A stretch of DNA of 54,486 nt from Gemmatimonas sp. GTDB taxonomy: Bacteria; Gemmatimonadota; Gemmatimonadetes; Gemmatimonadales; Gemmatimonadaceae. A program made the translations under genes and the position numbers. Below, piece by piece: positions 1-10,829 of this stretch; within the stretch, counting starts at the first letter, position 1, and each line of letters starts with the position of its first letter. The DNA is taken from assembly GCA_021154285.1 (NCBI GenBank), contig JAJKIV010000421.1, positions 1-54,486 on the forward strand, given 5' to 3'. Under the pieces are notes generated by a model, which was not told the DNA's origin, searched no databases, and worked only from the letters and a program-made list of their open reading frames with translations.

Positions 1-387
1 GGCGGCGCGCTCTCCGATCGGTTCGGGAGAAAGCCGCTCATCCTCGCGGGCTGGGCGGTCTACGCGGCGGTCTACCTCGGCTTCGGCAGAGCCACGGAGA
101 CGTGGCACGCGTGGGCGCTGTTCCTCGCGTACGGCACGTTCTTCGGGCTTACGGAAGGCACGCAGGCGGCCTTGATCGCCGACCTGGTTGGACAGGCGCG
201 ACGTGGCACGGCCTACGGCTGGTATTCCCTCGCGATCGGCATCGGAGCGCTGCCGGCGTCAGTTCTGTTCGGGTTGGTGTGGGACCGTGTAAGTCCGCGT
301 GCGGCGTTCGACCTTGGGGCCACGCTCGCGCTCGCGGCGGCCGTGGTTCTGCTCGCAGTGAGACCGCAGCCGACCGCGAACACCTAA
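1..387 (+). CDS. MFS transporter, C-terminal fragment (5' end lies outside the window)
   Basis: Frame 1 is open from base 1. The translation GGALSDRFGRKPLILAGWAVYAAVYLGF...GRRGTAYGWYSLAIGIGALPASVLFG has MFS-like TM helices and loop motifs. The TAA stop is at 385-387. Confidence 0.7.
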   Translation, partial: GGALSDRFGRKPLILAGWAVYAAVYLGFGRATETWHAWALFLAYGTFFGLTEGTQAALIADLVGQARRGTAYGWYSLAIGIGALPASVLFGLVWDRVSPRAAFDLGATLALAAAVVLLAVRPQPTANT

Positions 388-1250
388 CGTGGTACCGTCG
401 CCACGACGGGCGACGACGCCGTGACCCTTCGGATGAACGCGTCGATGGCTCCGTAATAGCGCACACGATCGGCGGTGTACGCATCCGCATGCCCGGCGTT
501 CAGCTCGACGAACTCTTTCGGCTCGGAAGCCGCGGCGAACAGCTTTCTTCCGTGCTCGATCGGGATCGTCCGGTCGTTGCGCGCGTGGAGGAACAGCTTG
601 GGGAGCCGCAGCGCTCCAACCTTGTCGATCGACGCAAACCGGCTGCTGGCGATGAGCCGGATCGGAAGCACCGGAAAGACTTCCTGCCCACGGTCAGCGA
701 CTGAGGTGTAGGCGTCCTCGATGATCAGGCCGGCGGCGCTCACCTGCCGCGCGAGCTCGATCGTGACGCCGGTACCTAACGAATGGCCGAACAGCACGAT
801 GCGCGATGGAGGGACGTGCAGCGAGTCCGTGAGGTACCGGTAGCCGGCTGCGGCATCCGCGTACACGCCGGCTTCGCTCGGGCTGCCCTCGCTCGCACCG
901 AAGCCTCGATAATCGTAGGCGAAGAGGTTTACGCCGAGGTCGCGGAACCACGCGTAGAACTGCGGCCTGCCGCCGTAGCCGATGTTGCCGTAGTTGCCGT
1001 GCGAGATGAGCACCCAGGGCGCATCTGGTGTAGCCCGAGCGGCGGGGATGATCCATGCCGAGAGCGTCGTGGAATCAGCGGCCTTGAACGAGACGGCTCG
1101 CTCGTGCAGTGCGAGCGAAGCGTCAGGCGGATCTACCGCGCGCGCGCCCGGTTGATACACGAGGCGTGGCTCGTACAGTCGTATGCCGATAATGGCGGCC
1201 ACGTAGGCCACACAGAGAATGATCGCGACCACCTTCAGGGCGCTGAGCAC
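384..1250 (-). CDS. alpha/beta-fold serine hydrolase (BEM46/ABHD-like)
   Basis: 288 aa with an N-terminal TM helix, HGNYGN, a GHSLG nucleophile elbow, and Asp/His late in the sequence (ARNDRTIP, AGHAD). Confidence 0.85.
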   Translation of the reverse strand: MLSALKVVAIILCVAYVAAIIGIRLYEPRLVYQPGARAVDPPDASLALHERAVSFKAADSTTLSAWIIPAARATPDAPWVLISHGNYGNIGYGGRPQFYAWFRDLGVNLFAYDYRGFGASEGSPSEAGVYADAAAGYRYLTDSLHVPPSRIVLFGHSLGTGVTIELARQVSAAGLIIEDAYTSVADRGQEVFPVLPIRLIASSRFASIDKVGALRLPKLFLHARNDRTIPIEHGRKLFAAASEPKEFVELNAGHADAYTADRVRYYGAIDAFIRRVTASSPVVATVPR

Positions 1251-1268
1251 GTGTGACCGACCGCCTCT

Positions 1269-1499
1269 TCAGCAGCAGCGCGAGCCGGGTCTCGAGTACC
1301 GGCTCTCGAGACGCTGGCGCATGAACTCGTCGCGCGACATGACCGCGCAGCCCGGGTGGTGGGATTCCATGTGCGCAACGTACCGATCGTAGTCCGGGGC
1401 GCCGATGATGGAGCGTATCACGCGCAGGACGCGCTCGAGCCGGGCTTGCAGCGACGATGGCCGATGGTCGATGGCCGACGACGGAGTCAGCGTCCTCAT
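1269..1499 (-). CDS. YbdD/YjiX-family small protein (DUF466), the usual CstA partner
   Basis: 76 aa. Carries APDYDRYVAHMESHHPG...MSRDEFMRQRLESRY...RCC, the same architecture and C-terminal CC as E. coli YbdD/YjiX. Confidence 0.8.
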   Translation of the reverse strand: MRTLTPSSAIDHRPSSLQARLERVLRVIRSIIGAPDYDRYVAHMESHHPGCAVMSRDEFMRQRLESRYSRPGSRCC

Positions 1500-3872
1500 T
1501 TACTTGTGCTCCCCGGGATTCGCGGCAGCGGGCCCGCGTTTGGCCAGATGCGTCTCGAACAGCTCGAAGATTCTTCGATACTCATCCGCCCACGACGACG
1601 GCCGCACGAATCCGTGGTCCTCCACTGGATACGGTGCGAGCTCCCAGTTCGTTTTCCCGAGCTCGATGAGCCGTTGCGTGAGACGAACGATGTCCTGGAA
1701 ATGTACGTTCACGTCCACCATCCCGTGCGCCATGAGAAGTGGATCCTCCAAACCCTGCGCGAAGTAGATGGGCGACGATCGGTGATACGCGATGGAGTCG
1801 TCCTGCGGCTGGTTGAGGATGCGCGCCGTGTACGGATGGTTGTAATGGGCCCAGTCGGTGACGCTGCGCAGCCCGGCACCGGCGCCGAAATGCTTTGGCT
1901 CGGTGAACAGTGCCATGAGCGTGATGAATCCGCCGTAGCTGCCTCCGTAGATGCCGACGCGCTCAGGGTCGATGCCGAACTCCTTCTGCAGGTAGCGCGA
2001 TCCATCCACGTTGTCCTGCAGATCGCGCCCACCCATCCACCGGTAGATTGCGGTTCGCCAATCTCGCCCGTAACCCGCGGATCCCCGGTAGTCGATGTCG
2101 AGCACGACGTAGCCCTTCGACGCGAGGTACTGGTTGAACATGTACTCGCGCGAGTAGCTGGACCAATAGTTGTGAACGTTGTGCAGGTAGCCGGCTCCAT
2201 GCACGAAGATCACTCCGGCCCCGTTAGGCTGGGCGCCGACGTCTTTCGGCCGGTAGATCCGCGCGGGAACCTGCACGCCGTCGGATGCCGGGATACGTAC
2301 GATCTCCGGCGTGATCCAGTGAAACGCCAGCCACTCGGCGGTAGGCGACGTGGTGAGCTGCGTGGCGGCTGCGCCGGCGCGGTACGGCATGACGAACAGC
2401 TCCGGCGGGCGATTCGCGGACGAATAGACGTCGGCAAGCAACGTCCCGTCCGGCGACACGACGACGTTATGACCGCCGGCCTTCGTCGTGATCCGTTCGC
2501 GGGAGCCTCCCGCGACCGGCATGCGATAGAAGTGCTGCTCGAACGGCGACGCCTCACTCGTGTGCAGCTCGAACGAGCGCTTGTCTGCCGACAGCTGCGC
2601 GCCGGTCACTTCCCATTTGCCGCTCGTGAGCTGTCGACGGTCCTGGCCGTTCGGGTCCATCGTGTAGAGGTGGGCGTAGCCGTCCGCCTCCGACACGAAC
2701 CAGACGCGTTTGCCACCGTCGTACCAGCCGCCGCACCCATAGCACGGTCCGCCCACCCACGCGCTGTCGCGCAGCGTGTCCAGGGTTTCGAGCTTGCCTG
2801 TCGCCGCTTCGAACTTGTGGATGTAGCGCGACTTGTAGTTCCGTGCCTCGGCGAATATCAGCGCGGCGCTCCCGTCATCGCTCCAGCCTAACGTGGTCAC
2901 CTGCGACGGCGGTTTCGTGGTGTCCGCGGGAACGACCTGCAGCCAGGTGAGGTCGCCGCTCGGCAGCTTCATGTAGGCAACGCGGCCGCCCGACTGCGCG
3001 TCGCCGACCTTCGTGCGCACGGTGAGCTCTTCCGTGTATCCGCTCGTCGTGACGTAGTTCGGAACTCGCGTCTGGGTGGCCTTGTCGGCGGTCACCGAGG
3101 TTACCAGCAGCAGCGCGTTCGCGGTCGGCGACACGGAGAGGGACGCAATGCGCTCGTTCGTGCCCAGGTAGAATGGCTTCACCCGCAGCGCTTCACGCGC
3201 TTTCTGCTCGGCCTTCCGAACGCTGTCGGCGCGAACGCGGTCGCGGATCACGTCGAAGAGCTCGCGCTGCTGCTCCTCGAGTGTCCCGCGCTGACCTTCG
3301 GCTTTTGCCGAGTCCTTGGGCGCTGGCCCGGACCTAACGTCGGTCAATTGCCGAACGAGGCCGCCGTCCAGGTCGATCGAGAAGACGTTGTTCTCGCGCA
3401 CGAAGAACACGCGGCGGCCGTCAGCGGAGAAATGCGGGTCGCGTTCTTCGGCGACGGTCTCGGTCAGCCGCCGAACTGCGCCGGAGGGCAGCGAGACGAT
3501 GTAGAGGTCGCCCTGTGCGGAGACCACGCGTGAGCGACGGTCGCGCGCGAGGTCGCCGGTCTCGAGCAGCGCACTTACGCTGTCGAGCTGCGCGTCAGGC
3601 ACTCGCTCCGGAGTCGAGCCTCCGCTCGCACGAACGCGATAAAGATGCGTCGGTTCGCGCCAGTCGGTGCCGGGCGGGTTCCACTGGAAGTAGAGCCACC
3701 GGCCGTCGGCACTCCATTGCACGCGCTGCGGCTCGCGGCCGTAGAGCTCGGGGCCGCGCATGATGCTCGGAATACTGAACTCAAACGCCTTCGTCGCTAG
3801 CGGCTGTGCGGAAACGACGCCGCCACACACCAGGGAGCTGACGATCAGCGAGATACGGCCAGTCGAACGCAT
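1500..3872 (-). CDS. S9-family serine peptidase (prolyl oligopeptidase / dipeptidyl-peptidase type), secreted
   Basis: Catalytic triad context GGSYGG ... HGMVDVNV ... EDHGF, with an N-terminal beta-propeller-like region. I place the start at ATG 3872 (MRSTGRISLIVSSLVCGGVVSAQ signal peptide) rather than the track start 3977, which would overlap cstA. Confidence 0.85.
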   Translation of the reverse strand: MRSTGRISLIVSSLVCGGVVSAQPLATKAFEFSIPSIMRGPELYGREPQRVQWSADGRWLYFQWNPPGTDWREPTHLYRVRASGGSTPERVPDAQLDSVSALLETGDLARDRRSRVVSAQGDLYIVSLPSGAVRRLTETVAEERDPHFSADGRRVFFVRENNVFSIDLDGGLVRQLTDVRSGPAPKDSAKAEGQRGTLEEQQRELFDVIRDRVRADSVRKAEQKAREALRVKPFYLGTNERIASLSVSPTANALLLVTSVTADKATQTRVPNYVTTSGYTEELTVRTKVGDAQSGGRVAYMKLPSGDLTWLQVVPADTTKPPSQVTTLGWSDDGSAALIFAEARNYKSRYIHKFEAATGKLETLDTLRDSAWVGGPCYGCGGWYDGGKRVWFVSEADGYAHLYTMDPNGQDRRQLTSGKWEVTGAQLSADKRSFELHTSEASPFEQHFYRMPVAGGSRERITTKAGGHNVVVSPDGTLLADVYSSANRPPELFVMPYRAGAAATQLTTSPTAEWLAFHWITPEIVRIPASDGVQVPARIYRPKDVGAQPNGAGVIFVHGAGYLHNVHNYWSSYSREYMFNQYLASKGYVVLDIDYRGSAGYGRDWRTAIYRWMGGRDLQDNVDGSRYLQKEFGIDPERVGIYGGSYGGFITLMALFTEPKHFGAGAGLRSVTDWAHYNHPYTARILNQPQDDSIAYHRSSPIYFAQGLEDPLLMAHGMVDVNVHFQDIVRLTQRLIELGKTNWELAPYPVEDHGFVRPSSWADEYRRIFELFETHLAKRGPAAANPGEHK

Positions 3873-3957
3873 AACGAATTCAAGTGAATGGCAGCTGCCT
3901 GCTAGCCCTACGCGCCCGACCCAGACAGCCAGTCCCGCGTCGGCCAGTCCCCAGTCG

Positions 3958-6027
<2,070 letters not shown>

Positions 6028-6157
6028 GCGCGTGCCGTCCCTTGGGTTTTGTTGCCGCCAAATTGGTCCGTCGTCACAGCGGAATCAACCGCGCGCTCAC
6101 CGAGCGGGTGCCGCGGTTTCTACAGCATGGTTACCTTTGCTCTACCATTCACCGACC

Positions 6158-6862
6158 GTGACCGCCGCCTCATTCCTCCTCCGAATCGCAGCGCGCAGTA
6201 GCGCGCTCGTGCTTGTCGCGGCCTGCGCGCGTCCTGCCGCGACGCAAACTCCGGCGACGAATCCAACTCCGGCGCCGCACGCGCAAACCGGCGTGCCCGC
6301 GCAGGGCACCCCGGGTGGCATCCTCGCCTCGTTCGTCACGGAGGCGATGATCGTGCTCCCGGCGCAGCGGCTTCACGTGTCGGTCCCCGATTGGGCCGAC
6401 AAGGTGGGCGACCCGCGTGCGTATCTCGGAACGTTCGACGACGAGTTCGCGTTCGCCATCCGCGACCACGGCCTCAAGGTCCACTGGGCATTCCCGCCGG
6501 ACCTGGCGCGATCGGCGCGACGGAATCCCGGATATACCGCGGATCCGTACGAGCTGACGCTCGCTCCGCTGCCACCCGTCGAGCGCGACCCGGACAAGCT
6601 CATCGCAGACCCGCTCGCCGGGCAGCTGCGGACGTTCACGGGTTTGTTCGACGCGCGTTATGCACTCGTGCCCGTGGAGCTCGCGCTCGTTCCGGATCCC
6701 GCCGGAGGGCACGCGGCACTCCATGTCGTCATCATCGATACGCGCGCGGCCCGCGTGATGTGGAAGGGCGACATCGCGAGCGATGGCGTGCGCGACTTCT
6801 CGCCCGCGATGGCGGCCGGAATCGCCGGCCGCCTCGCTGACCTCTTTACTCCTGCTCGCTGA
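6158..6862 (+). CDS. hypothetical lipoprotein
   Basis: In-frame GTG at 6158 gives VTAASFLLRIAARSSALVLVAACARP (lipobox-like LVAAC). Codon bias looks coding. I recognise no family. The track start at 5888 would overlap cstA. Confidence 0.5.
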   Translation: MTAASFLLRIAARSSALVLVAACARPAATQTPATNPTPAPHAQTGVPAQGTPGGILASFVTEAMIVLPAQRLHVSVPDWADKVGDPRAYLGTFDDEFAFAIRDHGLKVHWAFPPDLARSARRNPGYTADPYELTLAPLPPVERDPDKLIADPLAGQLRTFTGLFDARYALVPVELALVPDPAGGHAALHVVIIDTRAARVMWKGDIASDGVRDFSPAMAAGIAGRLADLFTPAR

Positions 6863-6873
6863 GCTGAACGCAT

Positions 6874-7890
6874 ATGGCTGTACCCTGCACGCTCATCCCT
6901 GGTGACGGCATCGGGCCCGACATCACCGACGCGACGGTCCGCATTCTCGAAGCGGCTGGCGCCACGTTCGAGTGGGATCGGCGCCTCGCCGGGATGGCGG
7001 CAGTCGACAAGTTCGATGATCCGATGCCGGACGAGACGATCGAGTCCATCAAGCGCACCGGACTCGCCCTCAAGGGGCCACTCGAGACACCGGTGGGCGG
7101 CGGGTACCGATCCGTGAACGTCGCGCTGCGCCGCACGTTCGATCTGTACGCGAACGTTCGACCGGCGCGCTCGGTCGTGCCCGGCGGTCGCTTCGACAAC
7201 GTGGACATCGTGCTCGTCCGCGAAAACACCGAGGGACTCTATTCGGGCGTCGAACACTTCATCGCGATCGGCGCGGATCCACGGGCTGCGGCGGAGTCGA
7301 CGGCCGTGGTCACTCGCTACGGGTCAGAGCGCATCATCCGCTACGCGTTCGAGTACGCGCTCGCGCACGGCCGAAAAAAAGTGACGGTGGTCCACAAGGC
7401 GAACATCCTGAAGATGACGGGCGGCCTCTTTCGAGAAGTGGGAATGGAGATCGCAAAGGAGTTCGCCGGGCGCGTCGACTACGACGAGCGCATCGTCGAC
7501 GCGATGGCGATGCAACTCGTGATCAAGCCCGAGATGTTCGATGTCGTCGTCACCACGAACCTGTTCGGTGACATTCTCTCCGACCTGATCTCGGGTCTGG
7601 TCGGCGGACTCGGACTAGCTCCGGGCGCGAACCTCGGAGCGAACGCCGCCATCTTCGAGGCCGTTCACGGTACCGCGCCCGACATCGCGGGAAAGGGCGT
7701 CGCGAACCCCGGCGCGCTCGTGTACGCGGCGTGCCTCATGCTCGAGCATCTCGACGATCACCCGCGCGCGCGCCGCATTCGCGACGCGATGGAGAGTGTG
7801 ATCCGCGAGCGAAAGACCGTCACGCGCGATCTCGGCGGGACCGCGACGACGGCGCAGTTCACCGACGCCATCATCGCTCGCCTCGCTTGA
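6874..7890 (+). CDS. NAD-dependent isocitrate dehydrogenase (isocitrate/isopropylmalate dehydrogenase family)
   Basis: 338 aa. Carries IPGDGIGPD, SVNVALRRTFDLYANVRP, VRENTEGLYSG and NLFGDILSD. Confidence 0.85.
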   Translation: MAVPCTLIPGDGIGPDITDATVRILEAAGATFEWDRRLAGMAAVDKFDDPMPDETIESIKRTGLALKGPLETPVGGGYRSVNVALRRTFDLYANVRPARSVVPGGRFDNVDIVLVRENTEGLYSGVEHFIAIGADPRAAAESTAVVTRYGSERIIRYAFEYALAHGRKKVTVVHKANILKMTGGLFREVGMEIAKEFAGRVDYDERIVDAMAMQLVIKPEMFDVVVTTNLFGDILSDLISGLVGGLGLAPGANLGANAAIFEAVHGTAPDIAGKGVANPGALVYAACLMLEHLDDHPRARRIRDAMESVIRERKTVTRDLGGTATTAQFTDAIIARLA

Positions 7891-7906
7891 CGCGGCAGGC
7901 CGACCG

Positions 7907-8728
7907 ATGGTGACGGTGTTCCACGTCTCTGACCTGCATTTCGGTCGCCCGTTCGTACCCGAGCAGATCGAAGCCATCGAGACGATCATCCAGGAACGCC
8001 GGTTCGATGTCGTCGCCATCTCGGGTGATCTCTCACAGCGCGCGCGCTCGGGAGAGTTCCAGCGGGCTCAGGCCTTCATCCGCGATGCGAACAGAGTAAG
8101 CAAGACGATCGTCGTGCCGGGCAATCACGACGTCCTCTGGTGGAAAGCCCCGTTCGGCATCGGCGATGGCGAACGCCCGTACGAGAATTATCGGCGATAC
8201 ATCTCGGAGGATCTCGAGCCGGTGCTGCGCGTACCCGGCGCGACGTTCGTCGGCCTGAACTCCGCGCACGGCGTAACGCGTCACACGCTCACGTGGCGGC
8301 TCCGCGACATCTCGATCATCGGGGCCATTCGTCGACCGCAAGTCGATCACGCTCGCGAAGAGTTCGAAGGCTCACCGTCGGAGGACGCGCGCGTCATCGT
8401 CATGCATCACAATCCGGTGAAAGGCGAGCTGTCGGGGCGACACGGCCTCAAGGACACGCGCAAGGTGCTCGGCGCGTTCGCGACGATCGGTGTCGACCTC
8501 GTGCTTTGCGGCCACGACCATCAGGAAGCCGTGCATTACATCGAGCACACACAGAAGGGCACGGTGATCTCGACGGCTGGCACGGTGTCGAGTCGCTCTC
8601 GCGGCGGTCGCCCATCATCGACTAACGTAATTACCATTCGACACGAGACCATCGAGGTCGCCACGCTCGTGTGGTCGGCGGCCGAGAAGACATTCACCCC
8701 AGGACCGTCACGGTGCTTCGATCGTTAG
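7907..8728 (+). CDS. metallophosphoesterase (calcineurin-like)
   Basis: Carries SDLHFG, GDLSQ, GNHD, MHHNP and GHDH motifs in canonical order. Confidence 0.8.
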   Translation: MVTVFHVSDLHFGRPFVPEQIEAIETIIQERRFDVVAISGDLSQRARSGEFQRAQAFIRDANRVSKTIVVPGNHDVLWWKAPFGIGDGERPYENYRRYISEDLEPVLRVPGATFVGLNSAHGVTRHTLTWRLRDISIIGAIRRPQVDHAREEFEGSPSEDARVIVMHHNPVKGELSGRHGLKDTRKVLGAFATIGVDLVLCGHDHQEAVHYIEHTQKGTVISTAGTVSSRSRGGRPSSTNVITIRHETIEVATLVWSAAEKTFTPGPSRCFDR

Positions 8729-9495
8729 GCCGGCTGTTCACGCGGCCGCACGACCAGCTCGCACTCCCGCTCGATGCCGCGCCGCGGAACGCGACCGAGC
8801 TGCTCGCGCGGTTGCGAGCGCTCGGGTTGAGCGGCATCGATCGCTGTCGTCTCACGCGAAATCGCGCCGTCATGGTGAGCTATCGCGGTCGTGAGCTTCG
8901 CGTGCACGAGGGATACCTCACCGCGCCGCCGGAGGTGTTGGCTGCCGTCGTTACCTTCGTGAGCGGGCGCACGGCGGCTTCTCGCCGACTCGCTCGTCGC
9001 CGTATTCTCGCGTACCCGATCGCGCGTGCTCCTCGAGCGCGGCGACCGGACGCGCCACACCCGGACGACGCGCCGCTCGCGAAGCGACTCGTGGAGTGGC
9101 ATCGCCGCTACAACGACCGCCACTTCGACGGCGCGCTCAAGTCCGTCCCCGTGCGGGTCTCGCGTCGCATGCGCGCGCGACTCGGCCACTACATGTCCGC
9201 GGCTCCATCGGGCGAGCCAGCGGAGATCGTGGTGAGTCGCCGCCACATTCGTCGCCACGGCTGGGAGGAAGCGCTGCACACGCTGCTGCACGAGATGGTG
9301 CACCAGTGGCAGGACGAGACGGGTCACCCGATCGATCACGGCCGCATGTTCCGCGCGAAAGCACGTGAGGTTGGCGTGGTCCCGTCGGCGCGCCGAACGG
9401 TCACGCCACTGCGTTCACGTCGCGATGCTCCCGCGCAGAAGAACGCGCCTGCCGCGGCGCAGCATCTGTCGCTGAAGGCCGCACGCGAAGAATAG
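8713..9495 (+). CDS. SprT-like zinc-metalloprotease domain protein
   Basis: HTLLHEMVHQW (HExxH) in a SprT-like context. I prefer the GTG start at 8713 (16-nt overlap with the upstream gene); the track start is 8671. Confidence 0.65.
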   Translation: MLRSLGRLFTRPHDQLALPLDAAPRNATELLARLRALGLSGIDRCRLTRNRAVMVSYRGRELRVHEGYLTAPPEVLAAVVTFVSGRTAASRRLARRRILAYPIARAPRARRPDAPHPDDAPLAKRLVEWHRRYNDRHFDGALKSVPVRVSRRMRARLGHYMSAAPSGEPAEIVVSRRHIRRHGWEEALHTLLHEMVHQWQDETGHPIDHGRMFRAKAREVGVVPSARRTVTPLRSRRDAPAQKNAPAAAQHLSLKAAREE

Positions 9496-9599
9496 GACTC
9501 GGGACATCGGGACTCGGGACTAGGCCGGGAGCCTTCTATCGCCCAGCAATTTTTCTCGGCAGTAATAGCTTCCCGGCCGAGTCCCGATGTCCCGAGTCC
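9495..9599. repeat. intergenic hairpin element A built from GGGAC(T/A)(C) units
   Basis: Left arm 9495-9517 (GGACTCGGGACATCGGGACTCGG) is the perfect reverse complement of 9577-9599. After a 7-nt bulge (9518-9524, one extra unit), CCGGGA 9525-9530 pairs with TCCCGG 9571-9576. The loop is 40 nt and AT-richer. Confidence 0.85.
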
Positions 9600-9624
9600 T
9601 CAGTCCTTAGTTAGCTTTCCCGCC

Positions 9625-10806
9625 ATGCCCACACCAACCGATTTCTACGACATCGACAGCGTCCTCGCCGAAGAAGAGCGCGCTGTTCGCGACAGCGTTC
9701 GACAGTTCGTCAACGACAAAGTCCTTCCGATCATCGGCCAGTGCTACGTCGACGGACGCTTTCCCAAGGAGCTCATCCCCGAGATGGCGTCGCTCGGCGT
9801 CCTCGGCGCGAACCTGCCCGAGGAGTATGGCTGCGCGGGGCTGAACAACGTCGCGTACGGCCTGATCATGCAGGAGCTCGAGCGCGGCGACTCGGGGATT
9901 CGCTCGTTCGCGTCGGTGCAGGGCGCGCTCGTGATGTATCCGATCTACGCGTTCGGCTCCGATGAGCAGAAGCGGAAATGGCTGCCCGCGTTGGCAAAGG
10001 GCGAAGCCATTGGTTGTTTCGGCCTGACGGAACCGGACTACGGCTCGAACCCGGCCGGCATGGTCACGATGGCGCGCGAGCAGAACGATGGCACGTGGGT
10101 GCTCAACGGCGGGAAGATGTGGATCACCAACGGATCGCAGGCCAACGTTGCAGTCGTTTGGGCCAAGACCAACGGTGACAAGTCCGACAAGTCGATTCGA
10201 GGTTTCGTCGTCCCGACGAATGCGAAGGGCTTCACGGCGAAGGACCAGAAGGGCAAGCTCTCGCTCCGTGCCTCGGACACGAGTGAGCTCGTCTTTCAGG
10301 ACGTATGCCTCAGCGCCGACGCGATTCTCCCGAAGTCGGGAGGGCTCAAGAGCCCGCTCATGTGCCTCACGCAGGCGCGCTACGGCATTTCGTGGGGCGC
10401 GATTGGCGCCGCGATGGCGTGCTACGAGGAAGCGCTGTCGTACTCGCGGAACCGCGTGATGTTCGACAAGCCGCTCGCCGCGTTCCAGCTGCAGCAGGCG
10501 CGCCTGGCCGAGATGGTGAGCGAGATCGTGAAGGCGCAGCTCGTGTCGCTCCATCTCGGACGACTGAAGGACCTCGGCAAGATGACGCCGCAGCAGGTCT
10601 CGCTGGCGAAGCGCAACAACGTCAACATGGCGACGAACATTGCGCGCGAAGCACGACGGCTTCTTGGCGCGAACGGCATCCTCGCCGAGTATGCGTCAAT
10701 GCGTCACATGGCCAACCTGGAGAGCGTCTACACGTACGAGGGAACCCACGACGTGCACACGCTGATCCTCGGCCAGCCCGTGACAGGAATCAACGCCTTC
10801 AACTGA
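9625..10806 (+). CDS. gcdH: glutaryl-CoA dehydrogenase (acyl-CoA dehydrogenase family)
   Basis: 393 aa. Carries FGLTEPDYGSNPAGM, WITNG and YTYEGTHDVHTLILG, typical of GCDH. Confidence 0.85.
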   Translation: MPTPTDFYDIDSVLAEEERAVRDSVRQFVNDKVLPIIGQCYVDGRFPKELIPEMASLGVLGANLPEEYGCAGLNNVAYGLIMQELERGDSGIRSFASVQGALVMYPIYAFGSDEQKRKWLPALAKGEAIGCFGLTEPDYGSNPAGMVTMAREQNDGTWVLNGGKMWITNGSQANVAVVWAKTNGDKSDKSIRGFVVPTNAKGFTAKDQKGKLSLRASDTSELVFQDVCLSADAILPKSGGLKSPLMCLTQARYGISWGAIGAAMACYEEALSYSRNRVMFDKPLAAFQLQQARLAEMVSEIVKAQLVSLHLGRLKDLGKMTPQQVSLAKRNNVNMATNIAREARRLLGANGILAEYASMRHMANLESVYTYEGTHDVHTLILGQPVTGINAFN

Positions 10807-10829
10807 TCGCCACGCCGGGTCGTGGGTGT

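Noticed and set aside
1269-1499. Considered the 'putative selenoprotein' label often attached to YbdD/YjiX-family genes
   Set aside because: The ORF has no in-frame TGA. It ends with the family-typical Cys-Cys, and no SECIS-like hairpin is evident.
1356-2891. 511-aa plus-strand ORF antisense to the S9 peptidase gene (with nested ORFs 1405-1767 and 1457-1669)
   Set aside because: It is antisense to a gene with a clear catalytic triad and family motifs. The composition is Arg/Val/Asp-rich low complexity, and I recognise no motif.
9607-10554. 315-aa ORF antisense to gcdH; also the 5' extension of the lpxR-like ORF back to 10305
   Set aside because: The gcdH frame carries unmistakable acyl-CoA dehydrogenase motifs. 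The extension of the lpxR-like ORF lies wholly inside gcdH, and the signal peptide begins only at GTG 10830.
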